The notes beneath the pieces were generated by a model, which searched no databases, was not told the origin of the DNA, and was given only the letters and a program-made list of their open reading frames with translations. Positions 41,050-50,608 of a stretch of DNA of 54,932 nucleotides are shown piece by piece. Source of the DNA: Sandaracinaceae bacterium (GTDB lineage: Bacteria > Myxococcota_A > Polyangia > Polyangiales > Sandaracinaceae); contig JBGAQA010000040.1 of assembly GCA_044220955.1 (NCBI GenBank), positions 1-54,932 of the forward strand, given 5' to 3'. A program made the translations under genes and the position numbers. Position 1 is the stretch's first letter. Each line of letters starts with the position of its first letter.

Positions 41050-43473
41050 GTGTCCGAGCCCGACGCCGCCGAGGTCGCCACGCGCGTCGCGCTCTCGCTC
41101 GGCGTCGCCGCCCCGGGCGACGACGCGCGGATCGCGCTCTGGCTCGGACAGATCGGACGCGCGCGCGAGCTCGCCGAGGCGGCCCTCTCGCGGGCCGAGG
41201 TGGCGGCGGACGAGGTGGCCCGCTCGAGCGCGCTCGGCGCGCTGGCGGGCGTCGATGCGCGCGAGGGACACCTCGAGCGCGCGATCGCGCGCTGGGACGA
41301 GGCCGCCGGGGTCCTGCGCGCTCACGCGCGGCCCGACGGCGAAGCGAGCGCGAAGCTCGACGCGGCCGACGCGCTGCTCGAGCGCGACGGTCCCGCCGAC
41401 GTGTCGGCCGCGGCGAGCCGCCTCGCCGACGCTCGGTCCGTGATCACCGAGCACGCGCTCGACGGGCTCCGGCCGCGCCTGCGGCTCTTGCTCGCGAGCG
41501 CCCGCGGCGCCACGGGCGACGTCGAGGGCGCGCTGGCCGATCTCGCGACCCTCGAGGCCGAGCTGCGGGGACCGGCGTCGCGCGAGCTGGGGTGGAGGCT
41601 CCAGGCGGCCACTGCGCGCCTCTCCACTCTCGCGGGCGCGGAGGTGAAGGCTCGGAAGGCGACCGAGCGCGCGCTCGAGATCCTCGAAGATCTCGCGACG
41701 GCGCTCCCCAAGACGGCGCGCGACACGTTCTGGTCGGTCCCGGCGCGCGCGGCGACGCGCGCCACGGCGAGCGGACGCGGCGAGCGCTCCGCCACGAGCT
41801 CGGACCTGGCGCTCGGCGGCCGCTGGGCGCGCCTGCTCGAGATCACCAAGCGCCTGGCGAGCGAGCGAGACCTCTCGCGCCTGCTCGCGCGCATCAACGA
41901 GAGCGCCGTGGATCTCTCGGGGGCCGAGCGCGGCTTCGTGCTGCTCGTCGGGGCCGACGGCAAGCTCGAGCCGCACGCCATCCGGGACGCGGCGAGCCCC
42001 GACGATCCGCACGTGGCCTTCAGCCAGTCGATCGCGGAGGCGGTCCTCATCGACGGCGAGCCCATCGTGACGGTCGACGCGCAGGTCGACCGCCGCCTCT
42101 CGGAGTACGTGTCCGTCCACCGGCTGATGCTCCAGTCCGTGGCCTGCGTGCCCATCCGCGCCGCGGCCATGGAGGGCGGATCCGGCACCCTGGGCGTGCT
42201 CTACGTCGAGCACCGCGTGCGGCGCGCGCGCTTCGGACACTCGGACGTCGAGCTGCTGCTCGCGTTCGCCGACCAGGCGGCCATCGCGCTCGCCAACGCC
42301 AGGCTCTACCGAGACCTGGACGCGCAGCGGCAGAAGCTCGCCGAGGCCAACGAGGCGCTCGAGAAGGCCAAGGAGGACATCGAGCGCCTGCTCGACGCGC
42401 GCACGGCCGAGCTCGACGAGGCCAAGAGCGAGCTGGTCCGGACGCGCGACGCGCTGCGCGCCCAGTACGAGCGCCACGGGATCGTCGGGCGCAGCGACGG
42501 GATCCGGCGCGTGCTCGCGATCGTGGACCGCGTCGCCCCGCTCTCGGTGCCGGTCGTCATCCAGGGCGAGAGCGGGACCGGCAAGGAGCTCGTCGCCCGC
42601 GCGATCCACTTCGGCGGGACGCGCAGCAAGAAGCCCTTCGTCGCGCTGAACTGCGCGGCCGTCCCCGAGACGCTCCTCGAGAGCGAGCTCTTCGGGCACA
42701 AGCGTGGTGCGTTCACCGGCGCGGACCGGGACCGCAACGGCGTGTTCGTGCAGGCGCACGGCGGCACGCTCTTCCTCGACGAGATCGGGGACATGCCGGC
42801 CAAGATGCAGGTCGAGCTCCTGCGCGTCCTCGCCGACGGGCGCGTGAAGCCGATCGGCGGCGAGGAAGAGACGCAGGTGGACGTGCGGATCGTCGCCGCG
42901 TCGAACAAGTCGCTGAAGGAACAGGTCGAGAAGGGCCTGTTCCGTGAGGATCTCTACTACCGCCTCGCGGTCGTCGAGATGCGGCTGCCGCCGCTGCGCG
43001 AGCGAACCGGCGACATCCCGCTGCTCGCCGAGCACTTCCTGACGGAGCAGGCCAAGCGCGAGGGCCTGCCCAAGAAGCGGATCAGCAAGGACGCGCTCGC
43101 CGTGCTCGCCGGACACCCGCTCCCGGGCAACGTGCGACAGCTCGAGCACGTGCTCATGAGCGCCTCGATCCTGAGCGCCGGCGACACGATCACCTCGGCG
43201 GACCTCGCGGTGCTGACGGGGGGAGAGCCGCCACCGATCGCCTCGGGTGCCGTCGAAGAAGAGGCGGCGCCTCCGCTCGCGCCGCCACGAGAGGCGCCGC
43301 CGCCGGGGAACCTCGAGGAGTGGAAGGCCCACGAGCGCCGGAAGATCCTCGAAGCGCTCGAGTCGGCGGGATGGAACCGCGTGCGGGCGGCCGGCAAGCT
43401 CGGGATGCCGCGCCGCACCTTCTACCGGCGACTGCGCGAGTACGGGATCCTCGAGGGCCGCGACGCCGACTGA
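41050..43473 (+). CDS. Sigma54-dependent enhancer-binding protein (helical/TPR-like - GAF - coiled coil - AAA+ - HTH)
   Basis: GAERGF and LGVLYVE (GAF), GESGTGKEL, ESELFGH, GAFTGA, FLDEIG, REDLYYRL, PGNVRQL, C-terminal HTH. TATCCT 6 nt before the GTG. Confidence 0.92.
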   Translation: MSEPDAAEVATRVALSLGVAAPGDDARIALWLGQIGRARELAEAALSRAEVAADEVARSSALGALAGVDAREGHLERAIARWDEAAGVLRAHARPDGEASAKLDAADALLERDGPADVSAAASRLADARSVITEHALDGLRPRLRLLLASARGATGDVEGALADLATLEAELRGPASRELGWRLQAATARLSTLAGAEVKARKATERALEILEDLATALPKTARDTFWSVPARAATRATASGRGERSATSSDLALGGRWARLLEITKRLASERDLSRLLARINESAVDLSGAERGFVLLVGADGKLEPHAIRDAASPDDPHVAFSQSIAEAVLIDGEPIVTVDAQVDRRLSEYVSVHRLMLQSVACVPIRAAAMEGGSGTLGVLYVEHRVRRARFGHSDVELLLAFADQAAIALANARLYRDLDAQRQKLAEANEALEKAKEDIERLLDARTAELDEAKSELVRTRDALRAQYERHGIVGRSDGIRRVLAIVDRVAPLSVPVVIQGESGTGKELVARAIHFGGTRSKKPFVALNCAAVPETLLESELFGHKRGAFTGADRDRNGVFVQAHGGTLFLDEIGDMPAKMQVELLRVLADGRVKPIGGEEETQVDVRIVAASNKSLKEQVEKGLFREDLYYRLAVVEMRLPPLRERTGDIPLLAEHFLTEQAKREGLPKKRISKDALAVLAGHPLPGNVRQLEHVLMSASILSAGDTITSADLAVLTGGEPPPIASGAVEEEAAPPLAPPREAPPPGNLEEWKAHERRKILEALESAGWNRVRAAGKLGMPRRTFYRRLREYGILEGRDAD

Positions 43474-43495
43474 GGCGCGGCCGCGACGCTCGCCC

Positions 43496-43912
43496 TCAGG
43501 GCGCGTCGGTGCCCGCGTCGCTCGAAGCGGCGTCGAGATCCGCGTCGTCGGCGCCCGCGTCGTCGGCGGCGTCGAGCCCGGCATCGGCCGCTCCCGCGTC
43601 GGTGCCGGCGTCGCTGCCGGCGTCGGAGCCTGCGTCGGAACCGGAGTCGATCCCCGCGTCCATCGCGGCGTCGTGCCCGGCGTCACGGCCCGCGTCGCTG
43701 CCACCGTCGGGGCCGGACGCGTCGAAGAGCACGCAGATGCCCACCGCGCCGGCGTCGCTGCCGTCGCCCGCGTCGATGGGCTGGCAGTAGTAGCCCTGCC
43801 CCACGAGGCAATCGAGGTAGCTGCGACACGTGCGCCCCTCGAGCGAGACGGGCTCGAGGGTGCATCCGCCCGCGACGACCAGGATCGCGACCAGGAGCGC
43901 GCGCGACGTCAT
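43496..43912 (-). CDS. Small lipoprotein with a mini Cys domain and an Asp-Ala-Gly tail
   Basis: MTSRALLVAILVVAGGC; CRSYLDC..YYC..GIC; about 12 DAG/DSG units. TGATG overlap with the upstream gene. Confidence 0.72.
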   Translation of the reverse strand: MTSRALLVAILVVAGGCTLEPVSLEGRTCRSYLDCLVGQGYYCQPIDAGDGSDAGAVGICVLFDASGPDGGSDAGRDAGHDAAMDAGIDSGSDAGSDAGSDAGTDAGAADAGLDAADDAGADDADLDAASSDAGTDAP

Positions 43913-44403
43913 CAGAACACGCCCTCGAGCGTGACGCCGAGCGGCGTCACGCGCAGCGACGCCGAGGGTGCGCTCGCGGCCGCAGGGGCCGCCGAGGGCG
44001 CGGGGGTCGAGAAGCACAGGACGATCACCCACGTGAGGCCGATCCCGGCGAGCGAGGCGCCGACCGTCCAGAGCACCTCGGCGGCGAGCAGGAAGTCGCG
44101 GGCGCTGTTCACGGACGCGGCCGCGTCGGCCTGCGTCGTGGTCGTCGCGCGCGCGTGGTCGTTGAGGTCGACCGCGTAGCGCTGCATGCCGGTGCCGATC
44201 GCGACGGTCGCCGCGCCGAGCGCGAGGCCGAGCCCCGCCGCGAGCCAGTGCTCGGTGCGCGTGCCCCAGGGGGTGCCGGTGCTCGCCGCCGACGAGGACG
44301 AGGACGAGGACGACGACTGCGCCGAAGCCGCGGGCGGGGCCAGCACCAGAAAGAGGTGAGCGATCGCGACGGCGAGCGCGGATGCGAGGCGAGGCCTGAG
44401 CAC
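43912..44403 (-). CDS. Secreted/membrane hypothetical protein
   Basis: Signal peptide (ASA), poly-Ser, two hydrophobic helices, C-terminal VTPLGVTLEGVF. Start uncertain (44403 or 44442). Confidence 0.65.
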   Translation of the reverse strand: MLRPRLASALAVAIAHLFLVLAPPAASAQSSSSSSSSSAASTGTPWGTRTEHWLAAGLGLALGAATVAIGTGMQRYAVDLNDHARATTTTQADAAASVNSARDFLLAAEVLWTVGASLAGIGLTWVIVLCFSTPAPSAAPAAASAPSASLRVTPLGVTLEGVF

Positions 44404-44492
44404 GGCGGGCCGGAGACTAGTCGATCCCCCCGGACGCGCCACAAGCGCGCTGCTTTCTGCCGGCGCCCGCGCGCGTCTGCTATTCGTGCCGC

Positions 44493-45920
44493 ATGCACGT
44501 TCACCTCGTCGGCGTGGCCGGGACCGGCATGGGCGCGCTCGCGGGCCTCTTGAGGGCCGCGGGTCACCGCGTGAGCGGCAGCGACACCGCGTTCCACCCG
44601 CCGATGGGAGAGGCGCTCGCGCGCTGGGGCATCGAGACGAAGAAGGGCTGGGACGGCAAGAACCTCGAGCCGCGCCCCGACCTCGTCGTCGTCGGCAACG
44701 TCTGCCGCAAGGACAACCCCGAGGCCCGCGCGGCGATCGAGCTGGGCATCCCCTACGACTCGATGCCCGGCGCGCTCGAGAAGCTCTTCCTCCACGACCG
44801 GCCCGGCTGGGTCGTGGCCGGCACGCACGGCAAGACGACGACCACGACGCTGCTCGCGTTCCTCGCGCTCCGGGCCGGCCTCGATCCCGGCATGCTCGTG
44901 GGCGGGATCCCGAAGGACTTCGGCGAGTCGTTCCGAGTCGGGGGCGCGGGAGCCCCCTTCGTGATCGAGGGCGACGAGTACGACTCCGCGTTCTTCGAGA
45001 AGTCGCCCAAGTTCCTCCGCTACAACCCGCGCGCCGTGATCCTCGGCTCCATCGAGCACGATCACGTGGACATCTACCCGGACGAGGGGAGCTACCTCGC
45101 CGCCTTCGACGCGCTCGTCACGCGCATCCCCGAGGCGGGTGTGCTGGTCGCGTGGGCGGGCGATCCGCTCGTCCGGCGCGTGGCGTCGGGGGCGCGCTGC
45201 CGCGTGGTCTGGTTCGCGCTCTCGACGGACGACGTGGCGGATCTCTCGCCCGCCTGGGTCGCCGCGCCGATCGCCGCGCAGGGCGGCGTGCAGCCCTTCG
45301 ACCTCTTCGTCGGCGGCTCCTCGGCCGGGCCGGTGCTCTCGCCGCTGCCGGGCGCGCACAACGTCAAGAACGCGCTCGCCGCGATCGCGCTCGTGAGCGA
45401 GGCGACGGGCGGCACGATCCCGCTGACGACGCTCACGCACGCGCTGCGATCGTTCTCGGGCGTGAAGAGGCGGCAGGAGCTCCTCGCGGAGGCGGGCGGA
45501 GTGCTCGTGTACGACGACTTCGCGCACCACCCGACGGCCGTACGCGAGACGCTCGCCGCCATCCGCGCGCGCCACCCCGAGGGGAGGCTGATCGCGGTGT
45601 TCGAGCCGCGCAGCGCGACGGCCTGCCGCAAGATCCACGAGCCCGAGTACGAGCACGCGTTCGCGAGCGCCGACGTCACGCTCCTGGCGCCGCTCGGCCG
45701 GAGCAACGTGCCGGAGGGCGAGCGCCTCGACGTCGCGCACGTGGCGGCGGCGATCCGCGCGCGCGGCGGCGACGCGGAGGCACCCGAGAGCCACGACGCG
45801 ATCCTGGCGCGCGTCGACGAGAAGGCCCGGCGCGGCGACGTGGTCGTGCTGATGTCGAACGGCGACATGGCGGGGCTGCACGACCGGGCGATCGCGATGC
45901 TGGCCTCCCGCGCGCGCTGA
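44493..45920 (+). CDS. mpl: Murein peptide ligase Mpl (MurC-like)
   Basis: GVAGTGMGALA, SGSD..FHPPM, AGTHGKTTT, EGDEYDSAFFEK, DHVDIY, GVKRRQE, DDFAHHPTA, FEPRSAT, MSNG. Confidence 0.88.
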   Translation: MHVHLVGVAGTGMGALAGLLRAAGHRVSGSDTAFHPPMGEALARWGIETKKGWDGKNLEPRPDLVVVGNVCRKDNPEARAAIELGIPYDSMPGALEKLFLHDRPGWVVAGTHGKTTTTTLLAFLALRAGLDPGMLVGGIPKDFGESFRVGGAGAPFVIEGDEYDSAFFEKSPKFLRYNPRAVILGSIEHDHVDIYPDEGSYLAAFDALVTRIPEAGVLVAWAGDPLVRRVASGARCRVVWFALSTDDVADLSPAWVAAPIAAQGGVQPFDLFVGGSSAGPVLSPLPGAHNVKNALAAIALVSEATGGTIPLTTLTHALRSFSGVKRRQELLAEAGGVLVYDDFAHHPTAVRETLAAIRARHPEGRLIAVFEPRSATACRKIHEPEYEHAFASADVTLLAPLGRSNVPEGERLDVAHVAAAIRARGGDAEAPESHDAILARVDEKARRGDVVVLMSNGDMAGLHDRAIAMLASRAR

Positions 45921-46011
45921 TCTTCCGGGGGCGCTCGCGCCTCGGAATCGACCACACGTCGGGGTGCGCTGCTCCGCGCGCTCGTGGCAGGGCGCCGCGG
46001 TGACGGCGAGA

Positions 46012-46452
46012 TCAGCGCTTGGCGCGCGCCGCGGGCTTCTTCCCCGCCAGCTTCACGACGGGCGCCGACTTCGCCTTGCTCCCGGGCGTCGCCTTCGAAT
46101 TCGCCGGGACGAAGAGCGCGTGGCTCTCGTCGATCCAGCGCTCGAGGATCGGTCGCGGGCCCGGCTCCCCGCGCGGGAAGGTGATCTTGGCCCAGCCGGT
46201 GGCGCCGATCGCGAAGCGGTCCGGGCTCTTGGACGAGAGGCGGCTCGCCTCCGCCTTGGACACGCCGAGCTTGAGGCGCAGCTCGTACATCCCGTCCTTG
46301 CTCGCGACGAAGAGAAACGCCTTCCCGCCGGCCGTGTACGTGCTCGCCTCGCTCGGCGTGCCTGCCCCGGTCGTCGACTCGTCGACGTCGGCATAGCGGC
46401 TCGCCCGCCCGCGCAGCCAGCTCGCCAGATCCTCGCTCGTTCGTTTCGCCAT
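46012..46452 (-). CDS. MmcQ/YjbR-like small protein with a Lys-rich tail
   Basis: MAKRTSEDL...GGKAFLF...LRLKL...GATGWAKI...LERWIDESHAL; C-terminal basic tail. Confidence 0.65.
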   Translation of the reverse strand: MAKRTSEDLASWLRGRASRYADVDESTTGAGTPSEASTYTAGGKAFLFVASKDGMYELRLKLGVSKAEASRLSSKSPDRFAIGATGWAKITFPRGEPGPRPILERWIDESHALFVPANSKATPGSKAKSAPVVKLAGKKPAARAKR

Positions 46453-46569
46453 CGTGGCGCATCGTCCGCGGCCTCGGGGCCACGCGCAAGAGCCGAATGG
46501 ATCGGCCCCAGGGCGACGACGAGCGCGTCGGGCCTCGGCGCCAGGAGCGAAATCGGGCACGCTCGCCCC

Positions 46570-47925
46570 GTGACGACGACGTCCGATCACCCCGAGGACC
46601 AGCTCACCACCGCGACGTGGACGATCAGCGAGCCCTCCGGCGAGACGGCCCACGTCCGCTCGTGCAGGCTCGACGTCGTCGCCGGCGCGGACGCGGGCCT
46701 GTCGCGCACGTTCGCCACGCCCCGGATCCGGATCGGCCGCGCCGGGACCGACCTCGTGCTGAACGACAAGCTCGTGTCTTCGCAGCACTGCGAGCTCGCC
46801 CTCGAGGAGGACGGCTACCGCCTGCGCGACCTCGGCTCCACGAACGGCACCTACGTCCGCGGCTTGCGCGTGGTCGACGCGTTCCTCGAGCCGGGCACCG
46901 AGCTGACGCTGGGCGACTCCCTCGTGCGCTTCACGGCCCTCGGCGGCTCGGCGCGCGTGCCTCTGTGGAGCGAGACCACGTTCGAGGGGATGGTCGGGCG
47001 CAGCACGGGGATGCGGCGCCTCTTCGCCGAGATCGATCGCGTGGCCGGGACCGACGCCACGGTCCTGGTCACCGGAGAGACCGGCGTCGGCAAGGAGCGC
47101 GTGGCCGCCGCGCTGCACGCGCGCTCGCCGCGAGCGGCAGGGCCCTTCGTCACGCTCGACTGCGGCGCGGTGCCCCGTCAGCTCTTCGAGGCGCAGCTCT
47201 TCGGCTACGAGCAGGGCGCCTTCACGGGCGCGCACCGCGCGACCGCGGGCGTCTTCGAGATGGCGACGGGAGGGACGCTCTTCCTCGACGAGATCGGCGA
47301 GCTGCCGCTCGAGCTGCAGTCGCGCCTGCTCCGCGCGGTCGAGACGCGGACGGTGCGCCGGCTGGGATCGAGCCTCCCGATCGAGTGCGACGTCCGGCTG
47401 ATCGCGGCGACCAACCGAGATCTCGGCGGCGAGGTGAACCGCGGCGCGTTCCGCTCGGACCTGTACTACCGGCTCGCGGTCGTGCACCTGCGCGTGCCCT
47501 CGCTGCGCGAGCGACCCGGCGATCTCGACCCGCTCGTCGAGCACTTCTTCGCGCGTCTGCCGCCGCACGAGCGGGCCCCGCTGCCCGAGGCGTTCCTCGA
47601 CTGGGTCCGCGCGCGGAGCTGGCCGGGCAACGTCCGCGAACTGGAGAACGCAGTGTCGCGCGCCGCGCTGCTCGGGGCCTGGGAGGAGCCTGCGCCCCCG
47701 ACCGACGCGGGTCTCGACGCGTCGGGCGCGGAGATCGACCTCGCGGTGCCCTTCCGCATCGCCAAGCAGCGCGTCGTCGACACGTTCGAGCGGCGGTACC
47801 TGACCGCGCTCTTCGACGCGCACGGCGGCAACCTCTCGGCGGCCGCGCGCGCCGCCGGGCTGGATCGCATGTCGATCTACAAGGCGATGTCTCGCCTCGG
47901 GCTCGGCGGGCGCGCCGAGGACTGA
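46570..47925 (+). CDS. FHA-domain sigma54 enhancer-binding protein
   Basis: IRIGR, VSSQH, DLGSTNGT (FHA); GETGVGKE, GAFTGA, FLDEIGE, RSDLYYRL, WPGNVREL; GNLSAAARAAG HTH. Confidence 0.92.
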   Translation: MTTTSDHPEDQLTTATWTISEPSGETAHVRSCRLDVVAGADAGLSRTFATPRIRIGRAGTDLVLNDKLVSSQHCELALEEDGYRLRDLGSTNGTYVRGLRVVDAFLEPGTELTLGDSLVRFTALGGSARVPLWSETTFEGMVGRSTGMRRLFAEIDRVAGTDATVLVTGETGVGKERVAAALHARSPRAAGPFVTLDCGAVPRQLFEAQLFGYEQGAFTGAHRATAGVFEMATGGTLFLDEIGELPLELQSRLLRAVETRTVRRLGSSLPIECDVRLIAATNRDLGGEVNRGAFRSDLYYRLAVVHLRVPSLRERPGDLDPLVEHFFARLPPHERAPLPEAFLDWVRARSWPGNVRELENAVSRAALLGAWEEPAPPTDAGLDASGAEIDLAVPFRIAKQRVVDTFERRYLTALFDAHGGNLSAAARAAGLDRMSIYKAMSRLGLGGRAED

Positions 47926-48018
47926 ATAGCCCGAGTCACCCCGGCCCACAGCCCATCCCCCGCGCAGAGCGAGGGTTGGTGAGAGGGAGCACGCGCTCCG
48001 GGGGTAAGCTGCGTCGAG

Positions 48019-50604
48019 ATGGCGACGAGCGAGCCGGCCGTGATCGAGACCGCGGACGCCGCCGTCTCGCTCCCGTCGGAGCCCGAGAAGGTCGTCTCCC
48101 GGGCGCGCGCGTACGCGGCGCTCGCGCTCGGCATGCTCGGCGCGACCGGCGTCGTCGCGCTCATGGCGCGGCCTCCCGCGACGCCGTGGCCCGCGATCGC
48201 GGCGCTGCTCGGGCAGAGCGTCCTGCTCGGGCTGGCCTCGGGGGCGATGCGCCTGCCGCAGACGCCGCCCGCGATCGCGCTCCGCGCGGGGCTCCTCGCG
48301 TGCGTGGGGCTGCTCGCGGCGCCGTCCGCGTGGTTCTGGGGGCCGAACGGTCCCTTCGCGGCGTCCATCGTGCTCGTGCTGCTCTTCACGGGCGTGCTCT
48401 CGGAGCCGGGGGCACGCGGCCGCATCGGGCTCGCCGTGTACCTCGCGCTGGCGATCGGACAGGCCGCGCCCGTCGTGCTCGTGCTCGCAGGCGCGATCGA
48501 GGACCGCTCGCTCGTGCCGCTGCTCCTGCCGAACCACGTCCCCTGGCACCACGCGGCCGGCCACGCGGCGATCCAGGCGGTGTACCTCGCGGCGTTCCTC
48601 GCGGGACGCGCGCTGCAGGACCGATACGCGGCGGTCGCCGCCGCCATCGAGGCGTCCGTCCGGGCGACCTCGCTGCGCGACGCGCTCCTCGAGGAAGCGC
48701 GAGCCGAGTACCGGCGCGCCGTGGCGGCGAGCCGCGCGCGGGCGGCGACGCCCATCGCTCGCCCCTCGACTCCGCCTCCGACGCCCGGCCTGGACGAGAC
48801 GGACGTCGCGCCCCGCCGGAGCAGCGCGGCCCCACCCGCGCCCGCGGTGTCCCCGTCGACCACCGCCGCGGGCGCGACGCCGACGCCCATGCCGACGTCC
48901 CCGTCGGGTGAGCCGCCGCGGGGGCGCGCGCCCGTGGAGGCCCCGGCGCCCCACGCCGACACCAGCGCCGCGTGGCGCGCCGCCTACGCCTCGCGCACGC
49001 GCGGCGAGCAGATGCTGCTCTTCTCGATGGGCATCGTCGGCGCGGCGCTGCTCGGCGTCGTCGGCCCGGGCGCGCTGCCGGTCGCGATCGGCTGCGCCGG
49101 CATCCTGGCGATCGCGCTGCTCGCTTCCTACGCGCGGGCCCGCGAGACCGCGCGCGCCTGGGCGTGGACGCTCGTCGGGGCGCTCTCGGCGCTCCCCGCG
49201 TACACGGTGGGTCTGCACTCGGGCTTCGCGTGCGTGGTCGCGTGCGTCCTCTTCTTCGGCAGCGCGTTCGACGCCAGCGAGAGCGCCCCGAGCGCGGCGA
49301 GCCGCTGGCTGCGCACGTACGGGACGTGGACGGCCTGCGCGCTCTCGCACCTCGCGCTCTTCTCGCTGATCGTCACGGGCGTGGTCCCCGACGCCGGGAA
49401 CGCGCCGACGCTGGTCCCGGGGCGGACGCCGATCGAGCCCTACGCGATGCACGGCTTCGTGCAGTTCCTCTATCTCGCCGCCTTCGGCCTCGGGCTCGCG
49501 ATCGACCGACGCTACCGGGCGCTCGTGGTCGGCTCGCGGCTCGCCGCCCGCGAGGCGGCCCGCCGCGAGGCCCAGCTGCGGGCGGCGAACGCGGACGTCG
49601 CGCGCGCGCTCTCGAGCCACGAGGCGCTCTTCGTGGGCGAGACGATGGGCCGCTACCGCCTCGACGCGCTCCTCGCGAGCGGCGGCATGGGCGAGGTCTA
49701 CGCGGCGAGCCCCGTCGACGGCGCCGGCGAGCGGGTCGCCGTGAAGGTCCTGCGCCGCGACCGCGCGTCCGAGCCCCTGTCCCTGGTCCTGTTCGAGGAG
49801 GAGGCCGCCGTGCTCGGCCGCGTGGCCAGCCCCCACGTCGCCAAGGTGCTCGAGGTCAGTCCGCCCGACGCGGAGCTGCCGTATCTGGTGATGGAGTTGA
49901 TCGAGGGCGCCACGCTCGCGACCCTGCTCCGCGCACGGCACCACCTCTCTCTCGAAGAGGTACGCGTGCTGGTGCGCGACGTCGCCGAGGGCCTGCGCGC
50001 GGTGCACGCGGCGGGCGTCATCCACCGCGACCTCAAGCCGCACAACGTCATGCTCACGACGAGCCGCGAGGGCGCGCGGTGGAAGATCGTCGACTTCGGC
50101 GTCGCGCAGCTGCACGACCTCGTGAGCGCGGGCGCCGCGCTCGTCGCCGGCACGCCCTCGTACATGGCCCCCGAGCAGGCGCTCGGAGAGCGCGTCGACT
50201 CGCGCGCCGACCTCTACGCGCTCGGGCTCGTGGCGTACCGGTCGCTCGCCGGCCGCCCGGCGTTCTTCGGCGACGACGCCATCGCGATCGCCACGGCCGC
50301 GCGCAGCGCGGGGCCGCCCGACCCGAAGCTCTGGGTCACGCTCTCTCCGGAGCTCGAGCGGGTCCTGCGCCTCGCGCTCGCCGCGCGCCCCGAGGATCGC
50401 CTGGCCACCGCGGCCGAGACGAAGAAGGCGTTCGAGGGCGCCTTCGCGGGCAAGCTGGACGCGCGCTTGCGCGAGCGCGCCGAGCGCCTGCTCGAGCGCG
50501 AGCCCTGGTCGCTCCCGCGCGCGACGACCGACACCGACTCGCCGACGAAGCGACCGATGACGCCGACGCGCGTGACCACGGGCTCGTCGCGCGCGAAGCC
50601 TTGA
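48019..50604 (+). CDS. Ser/Thr protein kinase with two tandem N-terminal membrane modules
   Basis: Two homologous multi-TM + coiled-coil blocks, then LASGGMGEVY, VAVK, HRDLKPHN, DFGVA, GTPSYMAPEQ, DLYALG. Confidence 0.9.
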   Translation: MATSEPAVIETADAAVSLPSEPEKVVSRARAYAALALGMLGATGVVALMARPPATPWPAIAALLGQSVLLGLASGAMRLPQTPPAIALRAGLLACVGLLAAPSAWFWGPNGPFAASIVLVLLFTGVLSEPGARGRIGLAVYLALAIGQAAPVVLVLAGAIEDRSLVPLLLPNHVPWHHAAGHAAIQAVYLAAFLAGRALQDRYAAVAAAIEASVRATSLRDALLEEARAEYRRAVAASRARAATPIARPSTPPPTPGLDETDVAPRRSSAAPPAPAVSPSTTAAGATPTPMPTSPSGEPPRGRAPVEAPAPHADTSAAWRAAYASRTRGEQMLLFSMGIVGAALLGVVGPGALPVAIGCAGILAIALLASYARARETARAWAWTLVGALSALPAYTVGLHSGFACVVACVLFFGSAFDASESAPSAASRWLRTYGTWTACALSHLALFSLIVTGVVPDAGNAPTLVPGRTPIEPYAMHGFVQFLYLAAFGLGLAIDRRYRALVVGSRLAAREAARREAQLRAANADVARALSSHEALFVGETMGRYRLDALLASGGMGEVYAASPVDGAGERVAVKVLRRDRASEPLSLVLFEEEAAVLGRVASPHVAKVLEVSPPDAELPYLVMELIEGATLATLLRARHHLSLEEVRVLVRDVAEGLRAVHAAGVIHRDLKPHNVMLTTSREGARWKIVDFGVAQLHDLVSAGAALVAGTPSYMAPEQALGERVDSRADLYALGLVAYRSLAGRPAFFGDDAIAIATAARSAGPPDPKLWVTLSPELERVLRLALAARPEDRLATAAETKKAFEGAFAGKLDARLRERAERLLEREPWSLPRATTDTDSPTKRPMTPTRVTTGSSRAKP

Positions 50605-50608
50605 CGCC

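Noticed and set aside
44290..44318. GACGAG repeat (poly-Ser) as a phase-variable tract
   Set aside because: The unit length is a multiple of 3 within a linker after a signal peptide, so slippage would not change frame.
44493..45920. Calling this gene murC
   Set aside because: EGDEYDSAFFxK, FEPRSxT and MSNG, plus the location outside a dcw cluster, fit Mpl better.
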